The notes: generated by a model from the sequence alone, not told the origin. DNA of 63,644 bases, filler included, from Octopus bimaculoides (GCF_001194135.2; 8 parts of 7 records of this genome joined end to end with filler, not necessarily neighbours in it), one strand, 5' to 3'. Shown: positions 1 to 12,949, counted from the first letter of the whole stretch. Made by a program: numbers and translations.

Positions 1-176
1 CGTTTGACACCGAGCAACATTTCCTTCTAAGCAAGCAAAGCAAGCTGATAAACATTAGTAAATAAACAAGGATTCTGATGAATAATCCAACAAGGGATTA
101 TTATTTTTATTCCGAATGTAAACTAAAGGTTATTCAAGTTAAACAGACCACCCACCAACAAATATATATATATATA

Positions 177-324
177 GGCGCAGGAGTGGCTGTGTGGTAA
201 GTAACTTGCTTACCAACCACATGGTTTTGGGTTCATTCCCACTGCATGGCACCTTGGGCAAATGTCTTCTACTATAGCCCCGGGCCGACCAAAGCCTTGT
301 GAGTGGATTTGGTAGACGGAAACT
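177..324 (+). mobile_element. SINE family A, tRNA-derived head, 3'-truncated
   Basis: GGCGCAGGAGTGGCTGTGTGGT (A-box-like) and GGGTTCATTCCC (B-box-like); body matches about 20 other copies in the window; preceded by (TA)n. Confidence 0.9.
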
Positions 325-1370
325 TTATGAGGTCAATAAAGGCAACAATGCAATGGAAAGTGCAAAGAATGTTAAAGCAGTATATGGGGATTGGACAATA
401 AATATAAGCCAGTGTTAACGGTGGTTCCAAAAATTCCAAGCCTGAAACTACAGCCTACAAGACGAGCATTGTCCTGGAAGATCTGTAGAGCTCAACAAGG
501 GCATTCTGCAAACCCTGGTGGAACAAAATCCCATCGTAACTGTTGAAGAACTAGCAGAGAAGCTTGGAATTGGTCATTCATCAATACCTGTGTACCATAG
601 GAAAAGTCAGCAAGTTAGGTTAATTGGTTCCTCACAAACTTACTGAGTCAATCACACACAGAGAGTGAATGTGCTCCTCTTTGCTGTCATGTCTCAGGAA
701 TGAACCTTTTTTGGAGCAAATAGTGACTGGTGACAAGAAATGGGTTTTCCATAAAAATGTCAAGCACTGAAGACAGTGGGTAGGGAAAGGAGAAACACTG
801 GTACCCCAGGCTAAAGAAGGTTTACACCCATGTAAGATGTTGTTATCTGTTTGGTGAGATATGAAAGGTTTAGTCCACTTGGAACTTTCAAACCCAAACC
901 AAACGATAACAAAGGAGATCTACTGCGAGCAGCTTCAGTGGCTTAAGTCAGCGCTAGAAGAAAAACGACCATCTTTGGTTTCAAGATGAAAGGTGTTCTT
1001 CCATCAGGATAATGCTCAGCCACATACAGTGAGGATGACATTCCAATGGCTGGAGCAGTTTGAAAGAGAAACGATGCCCCACCCACCATATTCGCTGGAC
1101 ATTGCCCCATCTGATTATCATTTATTCTGCAGTCTTTAAAATCCTTTGGACTGAAAAATATGAATTATGTATTCAAGTTGAAAACGAACTAGAGTGTTCT
1201 TCGTCATGGACAAATGAATTTTGGAAGAGGAGTTTTGCAAGTCTACCAGTTAAATAGAAAAGCCTTGTCGAAAATGAAGGAGAATATATTTTAGATTTTA
1301 AAAGAACTTTGTTTATCTTAACTTTGAAAAATAAAAGGGAAAAACTGCATTATTTATGGGTGACTCACTA
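325..1370 (+). mobile_element. Decayed mariner (DD34D-type) transposase and 3' end
   Basis: Manual translation across stops and frameshifts: HTH region RWFQKF..., TGDKKW (~725), HQDNA (~1002), HPPYSLDIAPSDYHLF (~1080); ends ...GGGTGACTCACTA; 5' end absent. Confidence 0.92.
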
Positions 1371-1429
1371 TATACACATATGTGTGTGTGTATAGATAGA
1401 TGGATAGATAGATAGATAAACACATAATA

Positions 1430-1588
1430 AGCTTCTACAGAGTTTCCATCTATCACATTCACTCACAAGGCATTGGTTAGCCCATGGCTGAGGCCATAGT
1501 AGAAGACGCTTGCCTAAGGTGCTGTGCAATAGGACTGAACCCAAGAAGTTGTGGTTGCAAACCAAGCCCCTTCACCACACAGTCATGT
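1430..1588 (-). mobile_element. SINE family A head, degenerate
   Basis: Reverse-strand match to the family A head. Confidence 0.75.
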
Positions 1589-2372
1589 TGGGGTTGGAGG
1601 GAGTTAATGAATGCATTAGAGGTGGGTAAAGGCTGTAGTGAAGAGGTGGGTGGATGGGAGAGACAGAAGAGGCGGAAGAAGGAGACAAAACATGCAAAAC
1701 ATGCATTGAAGATGTTCAGCTGAGCTCGGTCGTTAGCCAGTTTATGTCAAAGTTGAAGGACTTTTGACTCATCCTGGACATGTTTTGTTTAGATATTTTT
1801 CTGACATCATCAAAACATGATAAACATTAAAAACACAACAACAGCAACAAAAACAAAGGAGTCTTAGAGCAGAGTTTCCTCTGTTGTTTGTTCTGCACCA
1901 AGTTACCCGACACTCTCCCCACCACCTTGTCGACCTCGCTATGAAAATGCAATGAGCCAGAGAGCAGAGCAATTTGGAACCTCGTAACAAATGTGATGCT
2001 ATTAGTCACAAATTGCAGCATATAATAAATACATGAATCTCTTTGATATGACACCCTAACGGCTTAAAACAACAGGAAAGACATATTGGATAATGGAGTT
2101 TTAGAGTCACTACATCAAAAAAAAAACAAAAAAAAAAAAAACAGAAAAGAAAAATGGAAAATAAACATGATGGGATGGTCACAGTTGGAATGCTTTTGAT
2201 CTTTGCTGCTTCTGGTCTGACCCGAGGTTAACGACAATGCAGAAAAATCAATAGAATGAAATACACAAAATTTATAGTATTAGTTAGAAATATACTTAAT
2301 GTATAAGTTCAAATGCATAGACGAGTGCAAATGCATAGACGAGTGCAAGTATGCATATGTGTATGTATGTGA

Positions 2373-2424
<52 letters not shown>

Positions 2425-2431
<7 letters not shown>

Positions 2432-2635
2432 GTAAGTAGCTGGCTTATCAACCACATGGTTCCGGGTTCAGTCCCACTGCGTGGCATCTTGGGCAAGTGT
2501 CTTCTACNNNNNNNNNNCCGGGTTCAGTCCCACTGCGTGGCATCTTGGGCAAGTGTCTTCTACTACAGCCTCGGACCGACCAAAGCCTAGTGAGTGGATT
2601 TGGTAGACGGAAACTGAAAGAAGCCCGTCATATAT
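2425..2635 (+). mobile_element. SINE family A head, with an assembly duplication across a 10-N gap
   Basis: Family A head; about 50 bp repeated on both sides of N 2508-2517. Confidence 0.85.
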
Positions 2636-2659
2636 ATGTATATATATATAATGACCTGC

Positions 2660-2812
2660 ACACACATAAGCTCACTCCCTCCATCAAATCGATCCCAGGA
2701 CTTATTCTTTGTAAGCCTAGTACTTATTCTGTCAGTCTCTTTTGCCAAACCGCTAAGTGACGGGGACGTAAACACACCAGCATCGGATGTCAAGCGATGT
2801 TGGTGGGCACAA

Positions 2813-2863
<51 letters not shown>

Positions 2864-3026
2864 CGACGGGCTTCTTTCAGTTTCCGTCTACCAAATCCAC
2901 TCACAAGGCTTTGGTCGGCCCGAGGCTACAGTAGAAGACACTTGCCCAAGGTGCTATGCTGTGAGACTGAACCTGGAACCATGTGGTTGGTAAGCAAGCT
3001 ACTTACCAAACAGCCACTCCTGCGCC
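2660..3026 (-). mobile_element. SINE family A, near full length
   Basis: Head, internal (TA)/(TG) microsatellite and 3' half. Confidence 0.9.
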
Positions 3027-3027
3027 T

Positions 3028-3190
3028 CACCCACTACACTCTCGGAGTGGTTGGCATTAGGAAGGGTATCCAGCTGTAGAAACTCTGCCAAATCAGATTG
3101 GAGCCTGGTGTAACCACCTGGTCCACCAGTCCTCAGTGAAATCGTCCAACCCATGCTAGCATGGAACGTGGAATATTAAGCGATGAACGA
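3028..3190 (+). mobile_element. Retroposon family G 3' tail
   Basis: GGAAGGG(T/C)ATCCAGCTGTAGAAACTCTGCC...CCAACCCATGCTAGCATGGAA; same as 13046, 24340 and 54137. Confidence 0.85.
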
Positions 3191-3769
3191 TATATAGACT
3201 ACATTTCCCTATGCTTTCTGCCTACTAATTCTACTCACAATGAGTAAGTTGACACAAGAGAAGAAGATGTCTACCTGCTTAACCATTCAGTGCTAACAAA
3301 TCTAGGCCCACATTCTTGCAAAACTAAACCATCCACACAAATGGTATACATCAAGGTCATTTTAATGTCCACATTTCCACCCTTGGATGGGTCAGATAGA
3401 ATTTGTCGAAATAGATTTTCTACAACCGGGTGCCTTTCCTGCTGCTAACTTTTACCTGTTTCCAAGTAAAGTATTATCTCCCTTTGGCCAGACAGGTTTT
3501 TTTTGTTTTCACATGGTTAGAAATGAACGGTGTCATTTGTATGATGGTGATATTCCTCTATAGCTTTCACATGATGTCAAGACAAAGGTGTCCACATACA
3601 CAGACACACATAATGTATATATAAACATATCTGATAGGCTTCTTGCAGTCTCTGTACACCTAATCGACTCACAAGGCTTTGGTTGTGCAAGGTGCCTTGC
3701 AGTGAGATTGAACCCAAGACCAAATGGTCAAGAAGCAAGTTTAATCACACAATTTTGCCTGCACTTATA

Positions 3770-4163
3770 TACTCTTTTACTTGTTTCAATCATTTGACTG
3801 CGGCCATGCTGGAGCACTGCCTTTAGTCGAGCAAATCGACCCCAGGACTTATTCTTTATATGCCTAGTACTTATTCTATCGGTTCTCTTTTGCCAAACGG
3901 GGACGTAAACACACCACCATTGCTTGTCAAGCGATGTTGGGGGATGAACACAGACACACAAACATATGCACACACACACACATATATACATACATATACA
4001 TGACGGTCTTCTTTCAGTTTCTGTCTACCAAATCCACTCACAAGGCTTTGGTCAGCCCGAGGCTATAGTAGAAGACACTTGCCCAAGGTGCCACGCAGTG
4101 GGACTGAACCCGGAACCATGTGGTTGGTAAGCAAGCTACTTACCACGCAGCCACTCCTGCGCC
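3770..4163 (-). mobile_element. SINE family A, full length
   Basis: Head, microsatellite and tail ending ...GAAACAAGTAAAAGAGT. Confidence 0.92.
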
Positions 4164-4334
4164 TATATATAAGCACAATAGAGGGTAATGAAAATACATA
4201 TACTAACGAAACTAAATAGCATGCAAGCAAGAATATACTTCCACCAAGGATGGAATCATGGATGCAAACTTTGCTGACTGGGATTCTACAAACTTCATTA
4301 TGTCACATGAGCATATCAGATATACACACATATA

Positions 4335-4975
4335 GGCGCAGTAGTGGCTGTGTGGTAAGTAGCTTGCTTACCAACCACATGGTTCTGGGTTCATTCCCAC
4401 AGCATGGCACCTTGGGCAAGTGTCTTCTGCTATAGCCTCGGGCTGACCAAAGCCTTGTGAGTGGATTTGGTAGACGGAAACTGAAAGATGCCCATCGTAT
4501 ATATGTATATATATATATGTATGTGTGTGTATATGTTTGTGTGTCTGTGTGTGTCCCCCCAGCATCATATGATAACCGATGGTGGAGTGGCTATGTGGTA
4601 AGTAGCTTGCTTACCAACCACATGGTTCTGGGTTTAGTCCCACTGCATGGCACCTTGGGCAAGTGTCTTCTACTATAGCCTCGGGCCGACCAAATCCTTG
4701 TGAGTGGATTTGGTAGACGGAAACTGAAAGAAGCCCGTTGTATATATGTATGTGTGTGTATATGTTTGTGTGTCTGTGTTTGTCGCCCCAGCATCGTTTG
4801 ACAACCGATGGTGGTGTGTTTACGTCCCTGTAACGTAGCGGTTCAGCAAAAGAGACCGATAGAATAAGTACTAGACTTCCAAAGTGTAAGTCCTGGGGTC
4901 GATTTGATCGCCTAAAAGGTGGTGCTCCAGCATGGCCGCAGTCAAATGACTGAAACAAGTAAAAGAGTTAAAGAG
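4335..4975 (+). mobile_element. Two tandem SINE family A copies (4335-4583 partial; 4584-4975 full)
   Basis: Two heads in direct orientation; the second continues to the AAAAGAG tail. Confidence 0.9.
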
Positions 4976-5282
4976 TATATATTTTGAAAAAGTCATCAGA
5001 GAAGGAAGGAAGAATAGCCTTCTGACCTTTGCAGAGACATGACTCCAAGACGGGGAGAAGGAGGAACAGCCATGTTGAATTAACAGCGATGCTGTCTCAA
5101 GGCATGGACACATTAAGTAGATGCTGCGATAGGTGTGAGTCTATGAGTTCCCAATACTACATTACACATGCTATGGTTGTGTATATGAGTGGGAGGGGGG
5201 GAACCAGTGCATTGATTTTCCCAGGGGGGGGAGAATTTGTAATACAGTTAACGTCCGCCTTGACCATCAAGTATAGTCCATA

Positions 5283-5503
5283 TATGAGGGGGTGCTAAAA
5301 GGTTTCTGGCTTTGGGTAAAAGAAAATATAGGAGGGTTAGTTAATTATGATTCTATTCAACATATTCCCCTCTTAGATTCACGCACTTATTGCAGAGGCC
5401 CTTTGGTTTTTGTAAGCCCTGTAAAAGAACTTGGAAGGGTGAGACTCCAGCCAGGCCTTTTGTGATAGCCTTAAAGCCAGGAAGTTTTCAGTACCCCCTC
5501 GTA
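5283..5503. mobile_element. Mariner-derived MITE (~220 bp)
   Basis: TA-flanked ~28-bp TIRs (TATGAGGGGGTGCTAAAAGGTTTCTGGCTTT / AAAGCCAGGAAGTTTTCAGTACCCCCTCGTA); same family at 15888 and 43367. Confidence 0.9.
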
Positions 5504-6099
5504 ATGATTGTCCACAATTCTGGCTAGTTTCATCCAGAAGATATTTTGATTAATCTCAAACTATCACAGGAAACACTTGTTTAAGGAGCTGTGTAGTGGT
5601 ATTGAACCAGAAATAATATCATAGCTAAGCAAACTTTTTAACCACTCAGTCAAGCCACTATTTTGTCTTCACGGAGCAAACCTATAACTGAAGGGGTTTC
5701 TTTCTATGCACCTTCATCAGTGACAATCCCATCTGGTTCACATATCAGGAACTACATTTCTCAATATGTTATCAATTGCATATGATTCAAGGAAGATTTA
5801 GCTGGTGTTTCTAGCAGGTTGTGTGATCCTGACAGTAGCGTAGCTAGCTAGATAGTGGGACAAGGGATGGGTCTGTCCTAGGCAATGTTTTTATAGGGAC
5901 ACAGCACTTTGGAGTCTGATGTATAAACCTGTATAAGCTTCGGGTGGACCTGGCAAAATCAAGGACTGATCCAGGTGGCACAAACTCTAGGTACATCATT
6001 GGATCATGTAAAGGTAACCCTCCCCACCATTTGATTTTAAGATATAATGAGTGTAAGGTTGTGTGCTGAAGTAAATAGGAACAAGTAAATAGTAACATA

Positions 6100-6490
6100 G
6101 GTGCAGGAGTGGCTGTGTGGTAAGTAACTTCCTTACCAACCACAAGGTCCCGGGTTCAGTCCCACTGCGTGGCACCTTGGGCAAGTGTCTTCTACTATAG
6201 CCTCGGGCCGACTAAAGCCTTGTGATTGGATTTCGTAGACGGAAACTGAAAGAAGCCCGTCGTATATGTGTGTGTGTGTGTGTTTGTGTGTCTGTGTTTG
6301 TTCCCCCAACATCGCTTGACAACCGATGCTGGTGTGTTTAAGTCCCCGTAACTGAGCGGTTCGGCAAAAGAGAACCGATAGAATAAGTACTAGGCTTCCA
6401 AAGTATAAGTCCTGGGGTCGATTTGCTCGACTATTAAATCGGTGCTCCAGCATGGCCGCAGTCAAATGACTGAAACAAATAAAAGAATAA
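6100..6490 (+). mobile_element. SINE family A, full length
   Basis: Head, (TG)n and tail. Confidence 0.92.
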
Positions 6491-7033
6491 AGGTAGTTTA
6501 GTTCTGACATAATTACTACATCGGGGGGCTTAAGGGCCGAAGGTTGTAATTCTGCTTCCTGCAGTTTGCTTAACTTACAAAAAATTCAGCCTTTGTACAT
6601 TGAGTAGTCAGCTGTTGGAAACGCATCCAGCTGCAAAACAACAGCGAGAACAAAAAACAAAAAATGATCTTATTCATGTTGTATCGATTGAAATATCGAT
6701 ATGAAGCTCTGAACATTCACACGCAAACACAGGTATGCATATACGCAGAGCTATTTTAAACAGACTTATAGGCCTCTGAACAAATGAAGGCCCGGGGCCC
6801 GATAGCATCTGTTTACTAATAGCAAGCCACAACATACACAGATCTAACAATTGGGTCCCTAGACTTGTAAAGACCCCTGGGTAACTGCACATGCCTTAAA
6901 GCGGGTACTAGGTACACATACACATAAATATGCATAATTATATGCGTGTATACACAAATACGCGTCGACATACATAAGCACATGGGTGTACAACACGCAC
7001 GCGCGCATATATTATACACACGTATGTATACAT

Positions 7034-7405
7034 GTTGTTGGCACGCCGTCGCTTGCGACGTCGAGGGTTCCAGTTGATCCGATCAACGGAACAGCCTGCT
7101 CGTGAAATTAACGTGCAAGTGGCTGAGCACTCCACAGACATGTGTACCCTTAACGTAGTTCTCGGGGAGATTCAGCCTGACACAGTGTGGGACAAGGCTG
7201 GCCCTTTGAAATACGGGTACAAGAGAAACAGGAAGAAAGAATGAGAGAAAGTTGTGGCAGAAGAGTATAGCAGGGTTCGCCACCATCCCCTGCCGGAGAC
7301 TCGTGGAGCTTTATGTATTTTCGCTCAATAAACACTCACAATGCCCGGTCTGGGAATCGAAACCGCGATCCTTCGACCGCGAGTCCGCTGCCATTGCGTC
7401 TCCAC
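7034..7405 (-). mobile_element. SINE family C (tRNA-like head, (AAC)n tail)
   Basis: 11-bp TSD TATGTATACAT at 7023-7033 and 7406-7416; matches 33685-34081. Confidence 0.92.
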
Positions 7406-7672
7406 TATGTATACATACACAAGCGTATATACATGCATCTCTCTCTCTCTCTTTCTCTATCTATCTTTCTATCTATCTACCACACTAATTGTATTTTTAC
7501 ATGTGTAGAAACATCTCACCTTTTCTCTCTCTCGTTACAATCGTTATTCTTTTCTTTTTTTTTTCTTTTTTTTGCTTATTCAAGGCTTGTACTTATCGAA
7601 CCGTTAAGTTACGGGGACTTAAACAAACCAACACCNNNNNNNNNNNNNNNNNNNNNNNNNNNNNNNNNNNNN

Positions 7673-7713
<41 letters not shown>

Positions 7714-7974
7714 TTTAGGTAACTCCAATAACTCACACACAAGCACACACAAACACATACACACAAGCACACACACACACACACAGGCACGAAAATATCC
7801 AGATTAATATCTTACTTACACATGATTTCTTGGAAGCATTTGCTGAGAAAGACGATATTAGGATATATATATGTATATATATTTGTATCTAAATTAACGT
7901 AAGGTGCGTTTGTGTGTGTGATTGATACAATAAACTACTACAGAGAACAATGAAAATACGAGAAGTGAATAGGC

Positions 7975-9400
7975 AACAGGCAGTGAATGAAAGAGAAAGA
8001 AAGACAGCCTGACGGCGTGTGTGGTGGGGCGAGTGAGAGCGGGAAAGGGAAAGAAAGAGAGTGGGAGGGAATTATCAGTGGGAGAATAAAAAGAAAGATA
8101 TTAGAAGGTAGCGGACAGAGAGAGAGGGAGGGACTGAAAGCAGCAGACGACAGAGAAAGAGTGGGAGGGAATTATCAGTGGGAGAAAGGAAAAGGGAATA
8201 AAAGAAAGGTATTAGAAGGTAGCGGACAGAGAGAAAGGGAGGGATTGAAAGAAGCAGACGACAAAGAAAGAGTGGGAGTAGAGAAAGTGGTGGGAAGAAA
8301 GAGAGATAAAGTAGGAGTAAGAGAGATAGAGTGGAGAGTAGAAAGAGGGATAGAGTAGGAGTGGTAAGAGAGAGAGAGAGAGAGATAAAGTAGGAGTAGA
8401 GAAAGAGAGAGATAACTAGAGACCACAGCGTGAGGAATTAAAAAGAGATAGAGTGAGAGTGTGAAAGAGAAAGAATAAGCAAGAAAAGAAGAACCGGCGA
8501 AAGAGAGAGAGAGGAGAAAAATGAGAGAGGAAGAAAGAAGGGTAGGAAATTAAGAAAAAGGGAGACAGAATAGGAGGAGAGAGTGAGTGAGTTGGAGAAG
8601 AGAGAGAGAAAGAAAGGCACTAGAGAGGAAATACAAATAAACACATCCCCACAAAGGCTACATGCAACAAATTAGCCGTGATTGGTTCGAAACTAGCACA
8701 CTTGCCATTCAGGAAGGTAAAACACATGCAACAGAACGAATAATAACAATAATAAAATATAATAAACAGGTAAAAGATGGAGAAGGAAGAAGGGGTAAGA
8801 AGAAGACGTAAGGAGCTGTAGAGGGAGGAGGAAGACCTTTGTGAGGAGTGCGAGGAAGGGGAGGTAGGAAAGGTTACCGCGGGTCAAACACAGATAAAAG
8901 AACGACATGAGATAGTGATAGTGTAAAGGTAAGAGAGAAAGGGTTGGATATAGATGATATAAGACAGGGAAAAGAAATGATAGGCTATAGATTACATGAG
9001 AGAGAGAGCGAGAGAAAGTTAGGGAAAGGATAGAATATAGATGAGATAAGAGAAAAAGAAAAAGAGAATGAGAGAAAGTGTGTGTAGGAGAGATAGGATA
9101 GATTAGGAGAGAGAACGGACAGAGGGATATGTAGATGAAATGAGAGGGAGAGAGAAAGGACAGACTAGATTGATAGAATATAGATGACATGACAAGAGAG
9201 GAAGAAGATAGGATATCGATGAAATGAGGGAGAAAAAGAAAGGATGGGCTACAGATAAAAAGAGATGAGACGAGGGAGTGAGAGAAGAAAGTACAAACAA
9301 AAGGAATAAAAAGAGAAAGAGAAAGGGAATAATAGAATAGAGAGAGAGAGAGAGAAAGAGTGAGAGGGATAGTGTAAATAAGAGGCAGTTTAAAAAGGGT
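7975..9400 (+). repeat. Polypurine (AG-rich) low-complexity tract with an internal ~105-bp duplication
   Basis: Nearly all A/G on the + strand; 8050-8160 repeated at about 8155-8280. Confidence 0.9.
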
Positions 9401-9613
9401 AACTGTGGAAATGGGGTTTTTGTGGGAGGTGTAGAAGTAAAAAGAAATATTAACTGAAACAAGTGAACAATTGAAATGAAATTAAAAACAAATTTGAAAC
9501 AGGAAACGAGCGAAGGCCATTTAAGAGTAAGATGAATGGAATCTCAAAGTGAAAGAATGAAAAGAACAAGAGAGAGAGAGGGNNNNNNNNNNGAAGGCAA
9601 TTTCAGCATATTT

Positions 9614-9659
<46 letters not shown>

Positions 9660-9661
<2 letters not shown>

Positions 9662-9830
9662 CGTGGCCTAACTAGGGCGTTGCGCACACGATCGCAACAT
9701 TGTGGTTTTAATTTCTGGACCGGGCGGTACGTTGTTGTTCTTGAACAAAACACCTTCCTTTCCCGTTGCTCTACGCTCGCTTCGGCATCTGACGTGTGGC
9801 ACACTTGCGCACCTGAGCAGCACAAACGTT
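9660..9830 (+). mobile_element. SINE family E, degenerate
   Basis: tRNA-like head followed by a TTCTTGAACAAAACAC central domain similar to 47375-47647. Confidence 0.55.
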
Positions 9831-10064
9831 CGATCACTATAAACAGTCCATCTGTGCAGGTTTTTTCAGTAAGAAACCGCATAAACGCCTCAGCTGTAGT
9901 CTATGACAAGAGAGTATACGCGCGTGCGTGGTGTGTTGTGTGTACGTGCATTAATATGCGGTAGAGTGAGTAAAAAGTTCGTTAAGCTATCAAAGAACTC
10001 TTGCGTTCGATTCTACAGTGAGGGATTCTGAGCACGTGTATTATACATTTAATATGCTTTAAGT

Positions 10065-10360
10065 CAGGGGTTTTCAAACTTTTTGACTTGCAGACCCCTT
10101 TATATTTCAGGCTTTACCTTAGGGACCCCCTTATAAACGCTTATGAAATTTATTACATAAATATTTGCTTAAAATAACATATTTTTACATTTATTTATTT
10201 AACAGTATTTACCAAATAGGTTTATTGTCAATTAAAAGATTTCGATTAAAAAACATATATAAAATCTAATTGCCCATAAAAAGTATTTGCTGTCCACGGA
10301 ACCCCTGTCTTGTCCTTGCAGACCCCCTGTGGTCTGCTGACCACAGTTTGAAAACCCCTG
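10065..10360. mobile_element. hAT-type MITE (296 bp)
   Basis: Perfect 16-bp TIR CAGGGGTTTTCAAACT / AGTTTGAAAACCCCTG; perfect 8-bp TSD CTTTAAGT (10057-10064, 10361-10368). Confidence 0.95.
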
Positions 10361-10374
10361 CTTTAAGTTGTAAA

Positions 10375-10590
10375 CGCGGAGCTGGCGGAAACGTTAGCAC
10401 GCCAAGCAGAATGCTTAGCAGCATTTCGTCTGTCTTTATGTTCTGAGTTCAAATTCCGCCAGGGTCAACTTTGCCTTTCAGAGGTTCATAAATTGAAGTA
10501 CCAGTTGAACACCGAGGTCGATGTAATCAACTTACCTCCTACTCTGCTTTTTTTTTTTAGGTCTAGTGCCAAAATTTGAAATCAAATATA
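10375..10590 (+). mobile_element. SINE family B (CORE-like)
   Basis: GAGCTGGCGGAAACGTTAGCACG head, GAGTTCAAATTCC B-box, CTTTGCCTTTCA...AAGTACCAG central domain. Confidence 0.85.
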
Positions 10591-10679
10591 CCTGAGCGTG
10601 AAACTAGAAATCTTGTAGAAAGTCATTGGACAGACTGTACCAGTAATTATGTCTGTTTGTGTAATATGCAGCCAATTAC

Positions 10680-10980
10680 AGGATACAAGATGCACTGTGG
10701 ACCTTGCCTCACACCGATTCTGTCAAAGAATTACATTAAGACATATACATATACCATATGTACCTATGGAGTACACAACCACTTGAACAAGAGAGAATAT
10801 TGGATCGATGTGATGCAAGAAGCCAGCTTGTTTAACGCATCATGTGACACTAATTCCGACTAGAGAGCAATTACATTGGAATATTCTATACATTCTAGAC
10901 ACTATATAATTTGAGGAGTATATAGGTGACTTGTGCGGAAAACAAAACTGGTATACTTCACTGTCGAATTAGACAGACAA
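10680..10980 (+). mobile_element. Possible highly decayed RTE-type LINE C-terminal fragment
   Basis: Frame-hopping translation gives TYG...QERILDRC...PTREQLHWNI, loosely like the post-RT region of RTE LINEs. Confidence 0.3.
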
Positions 10981-11401
10981 TCTACACACTTTATACTTCT
11001 GTGTGTCGTTCTGTGTGCCCACAAATCTCTAAGTCATGTGTGGAGTTGAGTTAAACTTATTAGTGTGTGTGTGCGGTAGTGCCTGGATGTATATATTATA
11101 AGAATGAGTAGACAAAGGAAAGAAAGTGGCACTCAATAGATTTGGCTGGAGTTACATATTAAATAACAATTTGACTCAGCTGCACTCTACTTAGTTTCAT
11201 GGACGCAGGAACATGTCATCATCATATGATGTTTGGAGAGAGTGTAGAGGGAACATAAATGTGTGTGTGTGTGTGTGTACACACACATGTATATAATACA
11301 GTGTACATTCAATGATATCTCTCACACACACAAGCACATGCACACACACATACACACACATACACACACATACATAGACAATATCAAAAATATATTTTTT
11401 T

Positions 11402-11622
11402 ATTGCCTACAAGGGGCTAAACATAGAGGGGACAAACAAGGACAGACAAAGGGATTAAGTCGATTACATCGACACCAGTGCGTAACTGGTACTTAATTTA
11501 TCAACTTCGAAAGGATGAAAGGCAAAGTCGACCTCAGCAGAATTTGAACTCAAAACGTAACAGCAGACGAACTACCACTAGGCATTTCGCCGAGCGTGCT
11601 AACAATTCTGCCAGCTCACCAC
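11402..11622 (-). mobile_element. SINE family B, near full length
   Basis: Reverse match to 22130-22583 and 44728. Confidence 0.9.
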
Positions 11623-11734
11623 CCAATATCAAAAATAAGGATTACTCTGAAGTACCAATAGTGTTACCTTTAACTCTATAATTATATACTGCCTTTTAAG
11701 ACCTGTTTCAATTGCACCGATTAATAATTCTGTT

Positions 11735-11870
11735 TTGGTATGTTAAATCCACTCGTGAGGATTTAGTTGGCCCGAGGTTATAGTAGAAAACACTTGCCCA
11801 AGGTGCCATGCAGTGGGACTGAACCTGGAACCATGTGGTTGGGAAGCAAACTTCTTACCATACAGTCACA
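11735..11870 (-). mobile_element. SINE family A head
   Basis: Reverse match to the family A head. Confidence 0.8.
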
Positions 11871-11957
11871 CACAAGAATTTTTGATAATTTATTTTGAAT
11901 AATTCTGAGTTGATAGACAGAGGGAACACTCGGACTGTATGCGTGCACATGCAGGCG

Positions 11958-11997
<40 letters not shown>

Positions 11998-12903
11998 GGA
12001 TGTTGCAAGATTAAACTCAAAGCCGTAGGGTTCCAAGCAGATACTGCAGCGCCATCTACACAGGTATGTCAGTGTCTAAAGATATGAGGAAGTTTTGGCT
12101 GAGGTTTCTAGCGTAGAGAATAGGCAATCGTATAAAGTTTTTCCAAATTGGCTCTTAGGTGAAAGAACAAGAACAAGAACAAAACCAAAACAAAACAAAA
12201 AAGGAAAAAAAGAAGAAAGAAATCAAAACTTGTTTCATAATGTGCATTTTTTCCAGTTGCCCACTTGTATCGCTGACAATCACAAATAACAGAAATGCAA
12301 TCATTTCTTACATCATCACCAGCGTCAACATCACCAACGTCAACATCTTCATCATTACTACCACCACCACCACCACCACCATCTTCATCATCGTTATCGC
12401 CACTATCATCAGCGCAGCCATTAGCCCACTTGCCATTATTTTCCATTCAGGTATACATGCACACATATAAGACCTCCTTTTCGAATTCTCTATGAAAATC
12501 TATGGACATTTCACAGTCTGGCTGAAGGCTAGATAGAGGCGAAAGTATGGCAGAAGTGGTAGGATGTGAATGAATGGATGACAAATTATCAACAGAAGAT
12601 GGCAGAGGTTTTAAACAGCAATATGTACGCTCTTGAAGGAGCACAGCCAGCGGCTATATGCGTATATATTTGTGTATGCATGCATGCACGTGTGTGTGCG
12701 TTTTATTCATTTATGTTGGAGTGTGCATTGCGTATGGAGAGAGTATATTGTACGCATATACGCATGTGTGTATGAATGTAAGCATGTATGAATATATATA
12801 AGAGTTTGATGTATCTGCAGTTGTATAAATGTATTATATTTGCTGTCATTTTAGATTTTCTACATGTTTCCATGTGAATACACACACACACACACACACT
12901 CTT

Positions 12904-12949
<46 letters not shown>

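Noticed and set aside
1870-1985. Pro-rich open segment (…SYPTLSPPPCRPRYENAMSQ…) as an exon
   Set aside because: Weak splice sites and no recognisable homology.
2458-2570. Tandem duplication in the SINE head (also 16077-16252)
   Set aside because: Exact duplicates flanking short N gaps are typical of unmerged contig overlaps.
5690-5722. Minus-strand CTGATGA...GAAAC hammerhead candidate
   Set aside because: Stem II and stem I do not pair.
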